From Candidatus Latescibacterota bacterium (GTDB lineage: Bacteria; Latescibacterota; UBA2968; GCA-2709665), in the NCBI GenBank assembly GCA_965205485.1, contig OZ242180.1, positions 4,000,001 to 4,064,000 of the forward strand: DNA of 64,000 nt. Reading direction: 5' to 3'. The translations under genes were made by a program, and so were the position numbers. Positions 25,862-34,386 of this stretch are shown here, in pieces. Numbering within the stretch: position 1 is the stretch's first letter; every line of letters begins with the position of its first letter. The notes beneath the pieces were generated by a model that was not told where the DNA came from, did not search any database, and was given only the letters and a program-made list of their open reading frames with translations.

Positions 25862-26791
25862 ATGAGCCGGCTGGAAGGACGATTCGCCGCGGGGCAGATC
25901 ACCGGCGACCGGGATTACCAGGAGGACGACTACGGCCTGATCGAGGGCGGTGGTCCCGGCGCCGCCGACGTGTTGCTGCTCGCCGATGGGATGGGGGGGC
26001 ACGTCAGCGGCGAAACGGCCAGCCGAATGGTTGTTGAGGCGTTCGTCGAGACGTATAACCGAACGGACGGTCAGATCGCGGACCGGTTGCGCGCCTGTCT
26101 CTACGCGGCCAACGATGCCATTGCGGATGCGACGAGCAGGAACCCGGAGTTGGCCGGCATGGGTGCCACCGTGGCCGCAGCCGTGGTGTCTCAACGCGGA
26201 CTGGAGTGGATCAGCGTGGGAGATTCTCCCCTGTGGTTGTTCCAGGACAGCTGCTTGCATCGCCTCAATGCGGATCACTCCATGGCGCCTGTGCTGGCAA
26301 ACCTGGTTAAGGTGGGGCGCATGACCGCGAAACAGGCGGAAATGGACGCCAATCGGCACGCCCTTCGGTCCGCGGTGACGGGCGAAGAAATCCACCTGAT
26401 CGATGTCTCCTCCCGGCCGGTTGCGGTGCGGAAGGGCGACCGTGTACTGTTGGCCAGCGATGGATTGATGACGCTGAAGGAGAAGAAGATCGCACGCATA
26501 TTGCGTGAAATGAACGATGCGCCACAGCATGACGTGGTCAGCTCACTCCTGGATGCTGTGGAAGCGGCCGGCGATCCTTACCAGGACAACACAACCGTAT
26601 TGCTGTACGCACCGGAATCCGATAGCGGGGAAGATATGACTCCGGAAGATGCTACCGTCGACGATGACGACCTCGACGGCGCGACCCGGGTGTCACGGCG
26701 CGGAAGCGGCCTGCCGGGGCTCTGGTCAGCGATCGTGGAAAGGCTCACCACGTCAATGCGGCGATCAAAGCCGGTCGACGCAGGCGAATAG
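25862..26791 (+). CDS. PP2C-family Ser/Thr phosphatase
   Basis: RDYQED, ADGMGGH, MGAT, SVGDS, LLASDGL, QDNTT. ATG at 25862 after GGAGGA. Confidence 0.92.
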   Translation: MSRLEGRFAAGQITGDRDYQEDDYGLIEGGGPGAADVLLLADGMGGHVSGETASRMVVEAFVETYNRTDGQIADRLRACLYAANDAIADATSRNPELAGMGATVAAAVVSQRGLEWISVGDSPLWLFQDSCLHRLNADHSMAPVLANLVKVGRMTAKQAEMDANRHALRSAVTGEEIHLIDVSSRPVAVRKGDRVLLASDGLMTLKEKKIARILREMNDAPQHDVVSSLLDAVEAAGDPYQDNTTVLLYAPESDSGEDMTPEDATVDDDDLDGATRVSRRGSGLPGLWSAIVERLTTSMRRSKPVDAGE

Positions 26792-26903
26792 ACCGGGGCA
26801 GACCCATCTTCCCGAATCTGACGACAGTGCCCTGAATCCTGTTCAACCTGTCTATTCATGTGATTTCTTGCTCTTTCATTACATCCAGTTGCCAAGAATC
26901 CGC

Positions 26904-26933
26904 TTGACAAGACAGATATTTGTCTGTTATTTT
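26904..26933 (+). promoter_or_regulatory. lexA promoter with a palindromic candidate operator in the spacer
   Basis: TTGACA (26904-09), AGACA-gatatt-TGTCT (26910-25), extended -10 TGnTATTTT (26925-33). Confidence 0.6.
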
Positions 26934-26992
26934 TGTCCGTAGACAGATCTCATCACAAACACATTTTCACGGCATGAATTCAGGGTTGAAAT

Positions 26993-27610
26993 ATGGCCTA
27001 CACACCGCCCGGACAGACGCGCGATAAGATCTTTGAGTTTGTACGGGAGAGGATTCTCAACGGCACGCCGCCCAGCACACGCGAAGTCCAGAAGGCGTTC
27101 GGATTCCGTGCGGTGCAGTCGGCCCGACAGCATCTGGAAGCGCTTGTACTCGAGGGCAGACTGGTCAAGGAGTCCGGAAAGGCGAGGTCGCACCGTCTGC
27201 CGAAGATGGGCAGCGGGCATTCCTCTCACCTGATACCCATGTTGGGCCGCGTCCAGGCCGGGAACCTGACCGCGGCCATTCAGAATCCGGATGACTACCT
27301 CCCGGTCCAGCAGACCCGGTACGACGGCGCGGAACTCTTCGCCCTCACGATTCAGGGAGACAGTATGCTCAGGGCGGGCATCCTGCACGGCGATACCGTG
27401 ATTGTTCGACGTCAGCAGGCTGCCAGGCCGGGAGACATCGTCGTTGCCATGGTCGGCGAGGAGGCGACAGTCAAGAGATACCGGGAGAAAAACGGCCGCA
27501 TTGAACTTTACCCTGAAAACGACGCCTTCGAATCCATCATTCCTCGCGAAGACGGCGAGACGTTTTCGATCCTGGGTAAGGTGATCGAGGTTCGGAGATA
27601 TATCGAGTAA
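26993..27610 (+). CDS. lexA: SOS repressor LexA
   Basis: wHTH with PPSTREV, Ala-Gly cleavage site in LGRVQAG, GDSM catalytic Ser, EATVKR catalytic Lys. Confidence 0.93.
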   Translation: MAYTPPGQTRDKIFEFVRERILNGTPPSTREVQKAFGFRAVQSARQHLEALVLEGRLVKESGKARSHRLPKMGSGHSSHLIPMLGRVQAGNLTAAIQNPDDYLPVQQTRYDGAELFALTIQGDSMLRAGILHGDTVIVRRQQAARPGDIVVAMVGEEATVKRYREKNGRIELYPENDAFESIIPREDGETFSILGKVIEVRRYIE

Positions 27611-27732
27611 AACATGATATATTTGTTGTAGAGAACTGCAGTACAGTAAATTACTTCATGTAAGATTTGATTTCAATGTAGCGTCCGCGGAGACTTTGTC
27701 AGGAAACCTCAATTGCAGTCTTAAGAACAGGA

Positions 27733-29652
27733 GTGGTCATGGCATCCGTCAGACGCTACCCCATACCGCACAGCAGACTGCCCTTCATCAATGCCGAGGT
27801 GGCGCAGGTCTCGTTCCAAGGAGCCGACCATCTGGTCAGCAGCATCTGGGGAGGGAGTTCGGGGGGCAGGATCTACTTCTGGAATCCGGACTCCGGATCA
27901 AAAGGTTTTCGTGTTCTGCCGGACGGAATACCTGGCGCCTACATGTTGAGAACCGCCGCAGACGGTTGCCTCTATCTGGGCTGCGGAAACGGTGACCTGA
28001 TCCGGTACGATCCTCTTGCCGATCGATTCGAAATCCTGGTAACCGGCGAATTGAAATCCATCACGTGGGGCGGCTGCGTGACGGACCGGTACGCGGTCTG
28101 GGAGGCATCCCCGGGCGACGTGGCGGTGTTCGACTGGCGCGAGTCCAGGCTGGTGAAGGTTTTCCGACCCGTCGACACGGAATACCCGACCGCGCTATAT
28201 GGCCACAACGTCAAGGAGGCGCCGGACGGCCGTGTCCTTCTTGCCATCGACGTGCCGCAGGCACGATTTGTAATGCTGAACCTGGACACGATGACTGCGG
28301 AATCCCACACACCTGCGAACATCCGGGGCGTGGGTTCCACGACAGACGCTTTTTTCTGGGACGACGAGACGCTTGCGGCATTTGTGGGCGGCGAACTCCA
28401 TTTCATGGCGTATCCGGGCTTTGAATTAACGCAGCGGATCCCGCGTACCGGACGCGGGAGTCCGGGAGGAAAGGCCTGTGTCGTGGACGGCCGTCTTTAT
28501 GCGCACAACGCTGCTGACAACGCCCTTCATGTACTGGACCGAGCGGCTGAAGTGTGGGAGGTCGCCGCGCCCGAGTGGTCGGGTGGGGAACCGGTAACGT
28601 TACATCCGTGGGGCGACGCCGACGTGTGCGGTGTGACCCTGTCCGGCGTGGCGCTTCGATACGATACACGCGCGAGGCGGACGGACCGCATCGACCTCGA
28701 ATCCTCCGGTCCCATGACGGCGCATGCCTTGTGCCCGGTCCCGGACAGAAAGATCATCGTTGGCGCGCCGTTCATCAACCAGCGGTTCTGGGTCATCGAC
28801 ATGGAAACCGGAGACGGCGAGGACTGCGGCCGGGCGGCGCCGGGCGGCGGGCAGATCAACCAGATCATCTGGGAACCGATCACCCGGCGGGTTCTGCAGA
28901 GCAGCTACACGACGTCCAGTGTGACTGCATTCGATCCCGAAGCAAAGCCGGACTGGCCCGACAACCCGCGGGTGCTGGCCAGCGCGCAGCATGAAGGCCA
29001 GATGAGACCCACGGGCCTGGTGCACGACGGCCGGTACGTGTGGATGGCCACCAGCCCCGAATACGGGCATCTGGGCGGCGCGCTCAGCCGCATCGATCCA
29101 GAGACCGGCGATATCCTGGTCTGGCGCCATCTCGTGCGCGACCAGAAGGTAAACTCCGTGCAGGTCGATCCAAACCGCCGCCGGGTCTACTGCGGAACTG
29201 AAATCTTCGCGGACGCAAACTCCGCGCCGCCCACTCAGACCACCGGCCGCCTCGTGGCATTCGATACGGACAGTCTGACGGTCGATCGTTCTCAGGCCAT
29301 TCAAGACGGCGAGAGCGCTGCCAGGGTGCTGGTCGTCCTGGCGTCGGGGGAGGTACTGGCGTCGCAGCGCGGTCAATTCTACGCGTGGAATGCGCAGGAA
29401 GGCGACCTGCGCGATCTGGGGCCGATGCCACCGGGGTGTCGCGAGGTGGTTCGCGATGAGCCCACCGGACGGCTTTGGACGTCTGCGCAGGATGGGGTCG
29501 GCCAACTGGAAGTCCGCGACGGGCACGTTGAATTCGTGCCCCGGATCGAAGATAAGGGAGAACACCTGCGGATCGTAGACCGCACGCTTTATTTTGCCGC
29601 CGGATGCGAGATTATCCAGGTGGACCTCCGAGACGATGACAGTTTACGGTAG
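27733..29652 (+). CDS. Hypothetical beta-propeller repeat protein
   Basis: Repeated blade-like motifs (DGCLYLG...LIRYDP, YGHLGGALSRIDPETG). AGGAG SD upstream. Confidence 0.7.
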   Translation: MVMASVRRYPIPHSRLPFINAEVAQVSFQGADHLVSSIWGGSSGGRIYFWNPDSGSKGFRVLPDGIPGAYMLRTAADGCLYLGCGNGDLIRYDPLADRFEILVTGELKSITWGGCVTDRYAVWEASPGDVAVFDWRESRLVKVFRPVDTEYPTALYGHNVKEAPDGRVLLAIDVPQARFVMLNLDTMTAESHTPANIRGVGSTTDAFFWDDETLAAFVGGELHFMAYPGFELTQRIPRTGRGSPGGKACVVDGRLYAHNAADNALHVLDRAAEVWEVAAPEWSGGEPVTLHPWGDADVCGVTLSGVALRYDTRARRTDRIDLESSGPMTAHALCPVPDRKIIVGAPFINQRFWVIDMETGDGEDCGRAAPGGGQINQIIWEPITRRVLQSSYTTSSVTAFDPEAKPDWPDNPRVLASAQHEGQMRPTGLVHDGRYVWMATSPEYGHLGGALSRIDPETGDILVWRHLVRDQKVNSVQVDPNRRRVYCGTEIFADANSAPPTQTTGRLVAFDTDSLTVDRSQAIQDGESAARVLVVLASGEVLASQRGQFYAWNAQEGDLRDLGPMPPGCREVVRDEPTGRLWTSAQDGVGQLEVRDGHVEFVPRIEDKGEHLRIVDRTLYFAAGCEIIQVDLRDDDSLR

Positions 29653-29840
29653 AAGACTTGCGAAGTGGCGTGCAGGTGCGTATATTTGATGGTCGTAACC
29701 CATGTTCGCACCCGTGCAACGAGCGCTTCTCTGTGATTGAGGCCGTGAAGTCACCCCCGGGTCAGCGGCACGGCCGGACGGCGGAATTCGAAGACCCGTC
29801 TCGGGCGCCCGTATCGAAGAATGGAAGAGGGGTTTCGTCA

Positions 29841-30278
29841 ATGGCAGTAGAGCAGGTAATGCCTTCAGATGCAAAGGCGGGGCTGGACGCCGATGCCGGC
29901 GCGGTATACCTGGACGTGCGTACCGAAGCCGAATTCGCCGCGGGCCACCCCGAAGGCGCCGTCAATATTCCGGTCGCCTTCCAGAGCCCTGCCGGCGGCA
30001 TGATGCCCAATCCCGATTTTCAGGACGTGGCGGAGCGCGTGCTGAACCGTGAGACGCAGATCTACTGCGGCTGCCAGTCGGGTGTGCGTTCACAGTACGC
30101 GGCGGAGATGTTGGAAAAGGCCGGGTATTCGAACGTTGCGAACGTTGCCGGCGGCTTCGGCGGCAAGGTCAATCCCGGAACCGGCATGGTGGAGGTCGCC
30201 GGATGGCGGGATTCGGGATTGCCGGTATCGACAAAGGTCACGCAACAGAATTCCTACGATGGACAGAAAGGATGCTGA
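29841..30278 (+). CDS. Rhodanese-like domain protein
   Basis: YLDVRT.AEFAAGHPEGAVNIP, active loop CQSGVRS, W...GLP. ATG at 29841. Confidence 0.9.
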   Translation: MAVEQVMPSDAKAGLDADAGAVYLDVRTEAEFAAGHPEGAVNIPVAFQSPAGGMMPNPDFQDVAERVLNRETQIYCGCQSGVRSQYAAEMLEKAGYSNVANVAGGFGGKVNPGTGMVEVAGWRDSGLPVSTKVTQQNSYDGQKGC

Positions 30279-30436
30279 GCCCGCAAGTACGTTTCGGAAT
30301 GTCCGGGTTGCGTCGCCAACGGGGCGCATCCGGTGTTCACCGCGGGAATGGGCCGTTCCATCCCGGGAATTTGGCTTCGTAGGGCGGAATCGGAGCGGTT
30401 CGGATGCTGCAGACGACGTAACTTGGGTCCATACCA

Positions 30437-30466
30437 GGATGCGCAAACGCGCATCCCTTTTTGTTT
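30437..30466 (+). terminator. Terminator-like hairpin
   Basis: GGATGCGC-AAAC-GCGCATCC followed by CTTTTTGTTT. Confidence 0.65.
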
Positions 30467-30603
30467 ACTGACTTCGTCCACCTCGGCCGCTTTCGTTCCT
30501 GGCTTGCGATGTCTGCGAGTCCGGTACATACTGGCAGGGACCCGGCGGGTGCTGGTGAATCGGGGCAGGTGCGGCGGTCGCCGCCGGGAAGGGGCAGTCT
30601 GCG

Positions 30604-31467
30604 TTGGACATCGATTATGACGCGCCAGCGGTTCGGGCGACGGATTTGACCAAGGTCTTCCGGGTGCCCGACAACGAATCCAACAGGTCGAACGGATTCC
30701 TGGACCGATTCAGACGGCGCCGCAGAGAGATCCTGGCCGTCGACCGGGTCGGGTTCGAGGTGAAGCGAGGCGAGATCTTCGGGATTCTGGGTCCGAATGG
30801 CTCAGGTAAGTCAACGCTGATTCGGATCCTCTCGACCCTCGTCTTTCCGGACAGTGGCGAGGCCCATGTATTCGGGCTGCACGTTGAACGGGATGCGATG
30901 CGGGTGAGGCGCTGCATTAACAGGGTGTCCGTCGATGCGGCATTCTTCAAAAAACTGTCGGCGTGGGAAAATCTGAGTTACGCGGCCCGGTTGTACGGCG
31001 TTCCCGTCCGTGAAGGCCGTCGACGAGCCAGGTCGATTCTTGCGGAACTGGGCTTTGGCGCAGACCGGGTGGACCAGCCGGTGGAGGACCTGTCACGCGG
31101 GATGCAGCAGAAGGTGGCCGTCGCCCGCGCGCTCTTGACGTCACCGGTTCTGCTGCTGATGGATGAGCCGACGACGGGACTTGACCCGGTGTCAAAACGA
31201 CAGGTGCAGGATTACGTGATGGGAATTCGAGAGCGCCACGAAGCGACCGTTCTCTTGACAACGCACGACATGGACGAGGCGGAACGGGTGTGCAACCGGG
31301 TCTCGATCATCCATCATGGGAAATTCATCGCCATGGGTACGGTCGACGAGCTCAAGGTCCGCGCCGGATGCGTGGGGGGGAGTCTGGAGGATGTGTTTTT
31401 CAAGATGACGGGAATGGATCTTGCCCATGCCGATCTGGAAGGCGAGGCGGAAGGAGACGGAGAATGA
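30604..31467 (+). CDS. ABC-2 type transporter ATP-binding protein
   Basis: GPNGSGKS, LSRGMQQKV, MDEPTTGLDP, TTHDMDEA. Confidence 0.9.
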   Translation: MDIDYDAPAVRATDLTKVFRVPDNESNRSNGFLDRFRRRRREILAVDRVGFEVKRGEIFGILGPNGSGKSTLIRILSTLVFPDSGEAHVFGLHVERDAMRVRRCINRVSVDAAFFKKLSAWENLSYAARLYGVPVREGRRRARSILAELGFGADRVDQPVEDLSRGMQQKVAVARALLTSPVLLLMDEPTTGLDPVSKRQVQDYVMGIRERHEATVLLTTHDMDEAERVCNRVSIIHHGKFIAMGTVDELKVRAGCVGGSLEDVFFKMTGMDLAHADLEGEAEGDGE

Positions 31468-32282
31468 ACCCGTTGACCGCCGAGATCAAGGCGTCGGTCG
31501 CGTTTATCGAGCGGAATTTCAATCTCGCGAGGCGATACGCGAGCTGGGAACTGATTTTTGTTGTCTGGAACGTGGTACACGCGTTGACGATCGGGTTGAT
31601 CGGCGTGTATATGGGGGGAGACGACCCCGAGAAGGTGAGGGAGGCGGTTCTCTTCCTGATCGTTGGCGCCGTACTTTGGAACTTCCTGCGACTTCTGTTC
31701 TTCGAAGTCGCAGACGCCGTCGCCTGGGAGCGCTGGGAAGGGACCATCGAATATACGTTTATGTCTCCGGTATACAGGCTGACGCATCTCGCCGGTCAAT
31801 GCATATATGCGATCATATACGGTTTTCTCAGGTCCGGCATCGTCCTCGTTTCAGCCGTTTTTTTCTTCGATCTGAGCCTGTCGGACGCGAATCTGACCAC
31901 GGCGGTCGCCGTTTTGGCCACGGCCAGTCTCTCGTTCCTGGGTATGGGGCTGATGGCCGCCGTGTTTCCGCTACTTTCGCCGGAGAAAGGTGCACGGGCG
32001 ACTGACATCTTCGGAACGCTGGTGCTGCTGATATCAGGCGTCTACTACGACGTGTCCGTACTCCCCGACTGGCTGCGGCCGCTGTCCACCTTTTCGCCCG
32101 GAACCTATGCGCTTCGATCCATCAGGACGGCGCTGCTCGACAACGCGAGCGTCGCCGATGTACAGGGCGACCTCATCATTCTGACGGTTTCAGGTATAAT
32201 CATGGTCCCGCTGGGATTGTGGATCTTTCACGTGGCCGAGGTGTACGCCAAGCGGACCGGGCGTCTGAAGCGCAGCGGGTGA
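31464..32282 (+). CDS. ABC-2 type transporter permease
   Basis: ATGA overlap with the ATPase gene. WERWEGTIEY, SGVYY.VSVLP.W, multiple TM helices. Confidence 0.88.
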   Translation: MNPLTAEIKASVAFIERNFNLARRYASWELIFVVWNVVHALTIGLIGVYMGGDDPEKVREAVLFLIVGAVLWNFLRLLFFEVADAVAWERWEGTIEYTFMSPVYRLTHLAGQCIYAIIYGFLRSGIVLVSAVFFFDLSLSDANLTTAVAVLATASLSFLGMGLMAAVFPLLSPEKGARATDIFGTLVLLISGVYYDVSVLPDWLRPLSTFSPGTYALRSIRTALLDNASVADVQGDLIILTVSGIIMVPLGLWIFHVAEVYAKRTGRLKRSG

Positions 32283-32299
32283 ACCCTTCGAGTCGAGAC

Positions 32300-32734
32300 C
32301 TATTGCCGGAGTCCCGTTACCCATGGATCGAGCAGACGAACACCGGTTTCCTGGACGTGGGCGGTATTTCGGGTGACAAACGTCAGACCGAACGTCAGGG
32401 CGGTTGCCGCCAACAGGCCGTCCAGAACGGGTACGGTTCGCCCAACTTTGCCGGCTGCTGCCGCGATCTCGCCCCATCGGACGGCAACGTCCCTATCGAC
32501 GTCCAGAATTCGTCCTGTAAATCGCCTGCTCAGCTGGCCTTCGACCCACTCATACAATTCCCTCTTTTTGCGACCAGCGTGCAATTGTCCAATACCCTTA
32601 TGCAATTCGCCGAAAGTGATCACGCTCAAATACAACGAGAGTTCATCCTGTTGTTCCAGCCACCGCGTCACCTCGCTTGAAGGCGACTTTTTCACGAGTT
32701 CCGAAATGACGCAGGTGTCGATCAGGAATTTCAC
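32300..32734 (-). CDS. vapC: VapC/PIN-domain toxin
   Basis: FLIDTCVISE, LSVITFGEL, DGLLAATA...LTFVTRN. Confidence 0.92.
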   Translation of the reverse strand: MKFLIDTCVISELVKKSPSSEVTRWLEQQDELSLYLSVITFGELHKGIGQLHAGRKKRELYEWVEGQLSRRFTGRILDVDRDVAVRWGEIAAAAGKVGRTVPVLDGLLAATALTFGLTFVTRNTAHVQETGVRLLDPWVTGLRQ

Positions 32735-32982
32735 AGGTCGACTTCCCGTCCGTAATCTGTACTCCTTTCCAGATCGACGCCCGATCCTGCCAGGGGTGAA
32801 TTGCGGAAGAAGGAGACCAGAGAGCCCGGCGACGTCGTCAGTTGCCTGAAGTCTTCAATTGAGACGACGACGGCCGTTTCTTTTCCTCTTCGGGTGATCG
32901 TTTGAGGGCCTTCACGGACAGCGCTGTTCACGACCTCGCTCAATCGATTCTTGGCATCCTGCAACGCCCAGACTGTATTCAT
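32731..32982 (-). CDS. Phd/YefM-family antitoxin
   Basis: W.LQDAKNRLSEVV..A...GPQTITRRG..TAVVVS. 4-bp overlap with vapC. Confidence 0.92.
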   Translation of the reverse strand: MNTVWALQDAKNRLSEVVNSAVREGPQTITRRGKETAVVVSIEDFRQLTTSPGSLVSFFRNSPLAGSGVDLERSTDYGREVDL

Positions 32983-32996
32983 CGACTTTTCTCCTC

Positions 32997-33050
32997 TAAA
33001 TTAATCTAGACTGTCTAGATTAATTTACGTCGCTCATTGCCCGTTGTCAA
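32997..33050 (-). promoter_or_regulatory. Toxin-antitoxin promoter with a perfect 15-bp inverted-repeat operator
   Basis: Minus-strand TTGACA (33050-45)-N17-TAAATT (33027-22). Palindrome TAAATTAATCTAGAC-T-GTCTAGATTAATTTA at 32997-33027. Confidence 0.75.
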
Positions 33051-33090
33051 GTCGCTGTTGCACGCGTCCGGCCCGTTCGCGACAGCGGAA

Positions 33091-34185
33091 ATGAAGGGAA
33101 GACTCATCGACAGATTCCGGAATCTCCAGTCTCGCGACGTCTCCGCATTGCTCGCGGCGGCGGCAGTCGAACCCCATGAACGGATTCTGGACCTGGGATT
33201 GGCCGGGCGCCCGGTCGGGCTCGAACTGGACGCAGGCAGTATCCAATTCAAGGGTTCCGACCTGCGCGACGTGAGGGTTTGCGAGAACGCGATCCGGTGC
33301 ATGGCGCTGCACAATGCGTGCGCCTGGCTCGAGGTCTCACCGGCGGTCCTCACCGGCCCCTGTTTCGACGTGGTTCTCTACGCTCCCGCCCGTTGGGAGT
33401 CCAAGACGCGTGTATTTGAACTCGTCGACGCGGCATTCGGGAAATTGGCGATTGGCGGACGTTTGCTTCTGGCGGGACGGAAAAACGCGGGCGTGGAGAG
33501 CTATCGGCGCCGCCTGAAGGCTGTTTTCGGAAACGTTGAAACGGCAACGTCGAAATCGGGGTTTCGAGTCTACCGGTCGAGCAAGGACTCGCCGGATCCC
33601 GGCGCGCATCCGGTGGACGCGGCGCGTGTTTTCGAGGTGGCCGATCTGCCCGGAGACCCTTTCACGTTTGAGACGATGGCGGGTGTCTTTTCAAGCCGCC
33701 GATTGGATGCAGGCACCCGGATTCTGATCGAGGCGGTCGACGTCACAGCGGACGATCGCGTACTCGATCTGGGCTGCGGATACGGCGCAATCGGAATCAC
33801 CGCGGCGAAACGGGCTCGCGAAGCTCAGTTGCTGGATACCAGCCTGTTGGCCGTTCGATGCGCGAGGCGAAATATCGCCCGCAACGGGCTGGCGAACGCG
33901 CGAGTTGGTCTCAGCGACGGTTTCGAAGCCGTTCCGGGGCGGGTATTCGATCTCATCCTCTGCAACGCGCCCACGCACGACGGCGCAGCAACGGCACGTC
34001 GATTTGTACAGGGCGCCGCCCGGCATCTCGGTTCGAAGGGGCGATTCGCGGTGGTCGCGATGCGTCCCGGCATATACTTCAAGCAGATGAAGCGCGTGTT
34101 CGACACCGTGGATCAGTTGGAATCCCGCCGGGGATATACCGTCCTCCGTGCCCAAGACGCGAAGTCGGCCATCCCGGCCGCTTGA
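33091..34185 (+). CDS. RsmC-like class I SAM-dependent methyltransferase (two-domain)
   Basis: GVFSSRRLDAGTRIL, VLDLGCGYGAIG, FDLILCNAP. ATG 33091 preferred because 33037 overlaps the TA promoter. Confidence 0.8.
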   Translation: MKGRLIDRFRNLQSRDVSALLAAAAVEPHERILDLGLAGRPVGLELDAGSIQFKGSDLRDVRVCENAIRCMALHNACAWLEVSPAVLTGPCFDVVLYAPARWESKTRVFELVDAAFGKLAIGGRLLLAGRKNAGVESYRRRLKAVFGNVETATSKSGFRVYRSSKDSPDPGAHPVDAARVFEVADLPGDPFTFETMAGVFSSRRLDAGTRILIEAVDVTADDRVLDLGCGYGAIGITAAKRAREAQLLDTSLLAVRCARRNIARNGLANARVGLSDGFEAVPGRVFDLILCNAPTHDGAATARRFVQGAARHLGSKGRFAVVAMRPGIYFKQMKRVFDTVDQLESRRGYTVLRAQDAKSAIPAA

Positions 34186-34280
34186 GTTGCCTCGGACCCC
34201 ACGGTTTCACGCCCGCAACGGGATTCCGGCCGTGATGCGCCCGGAGGCCAGGCGGACCGCGTCGGGTACCGCGAAAACCC

Positions 34281-34309
34281 TTGACAACAAGCGGATGGGG
34301 CCTTATCCT
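34281..34309 (+). promoter_or_regulatory. Sigma70-type promoter of the molybdoenzyme operon
   Basis: TTGACA-N17-TATCCT. Confidence 0.6.
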
Positions 34310-34386
34310 TAGCCGCAATCCCGGCCATGCCACGAGGGTTAATAGCGGCCGGGAGATCTACGACATCAGTACAGGAGGAACGAACC

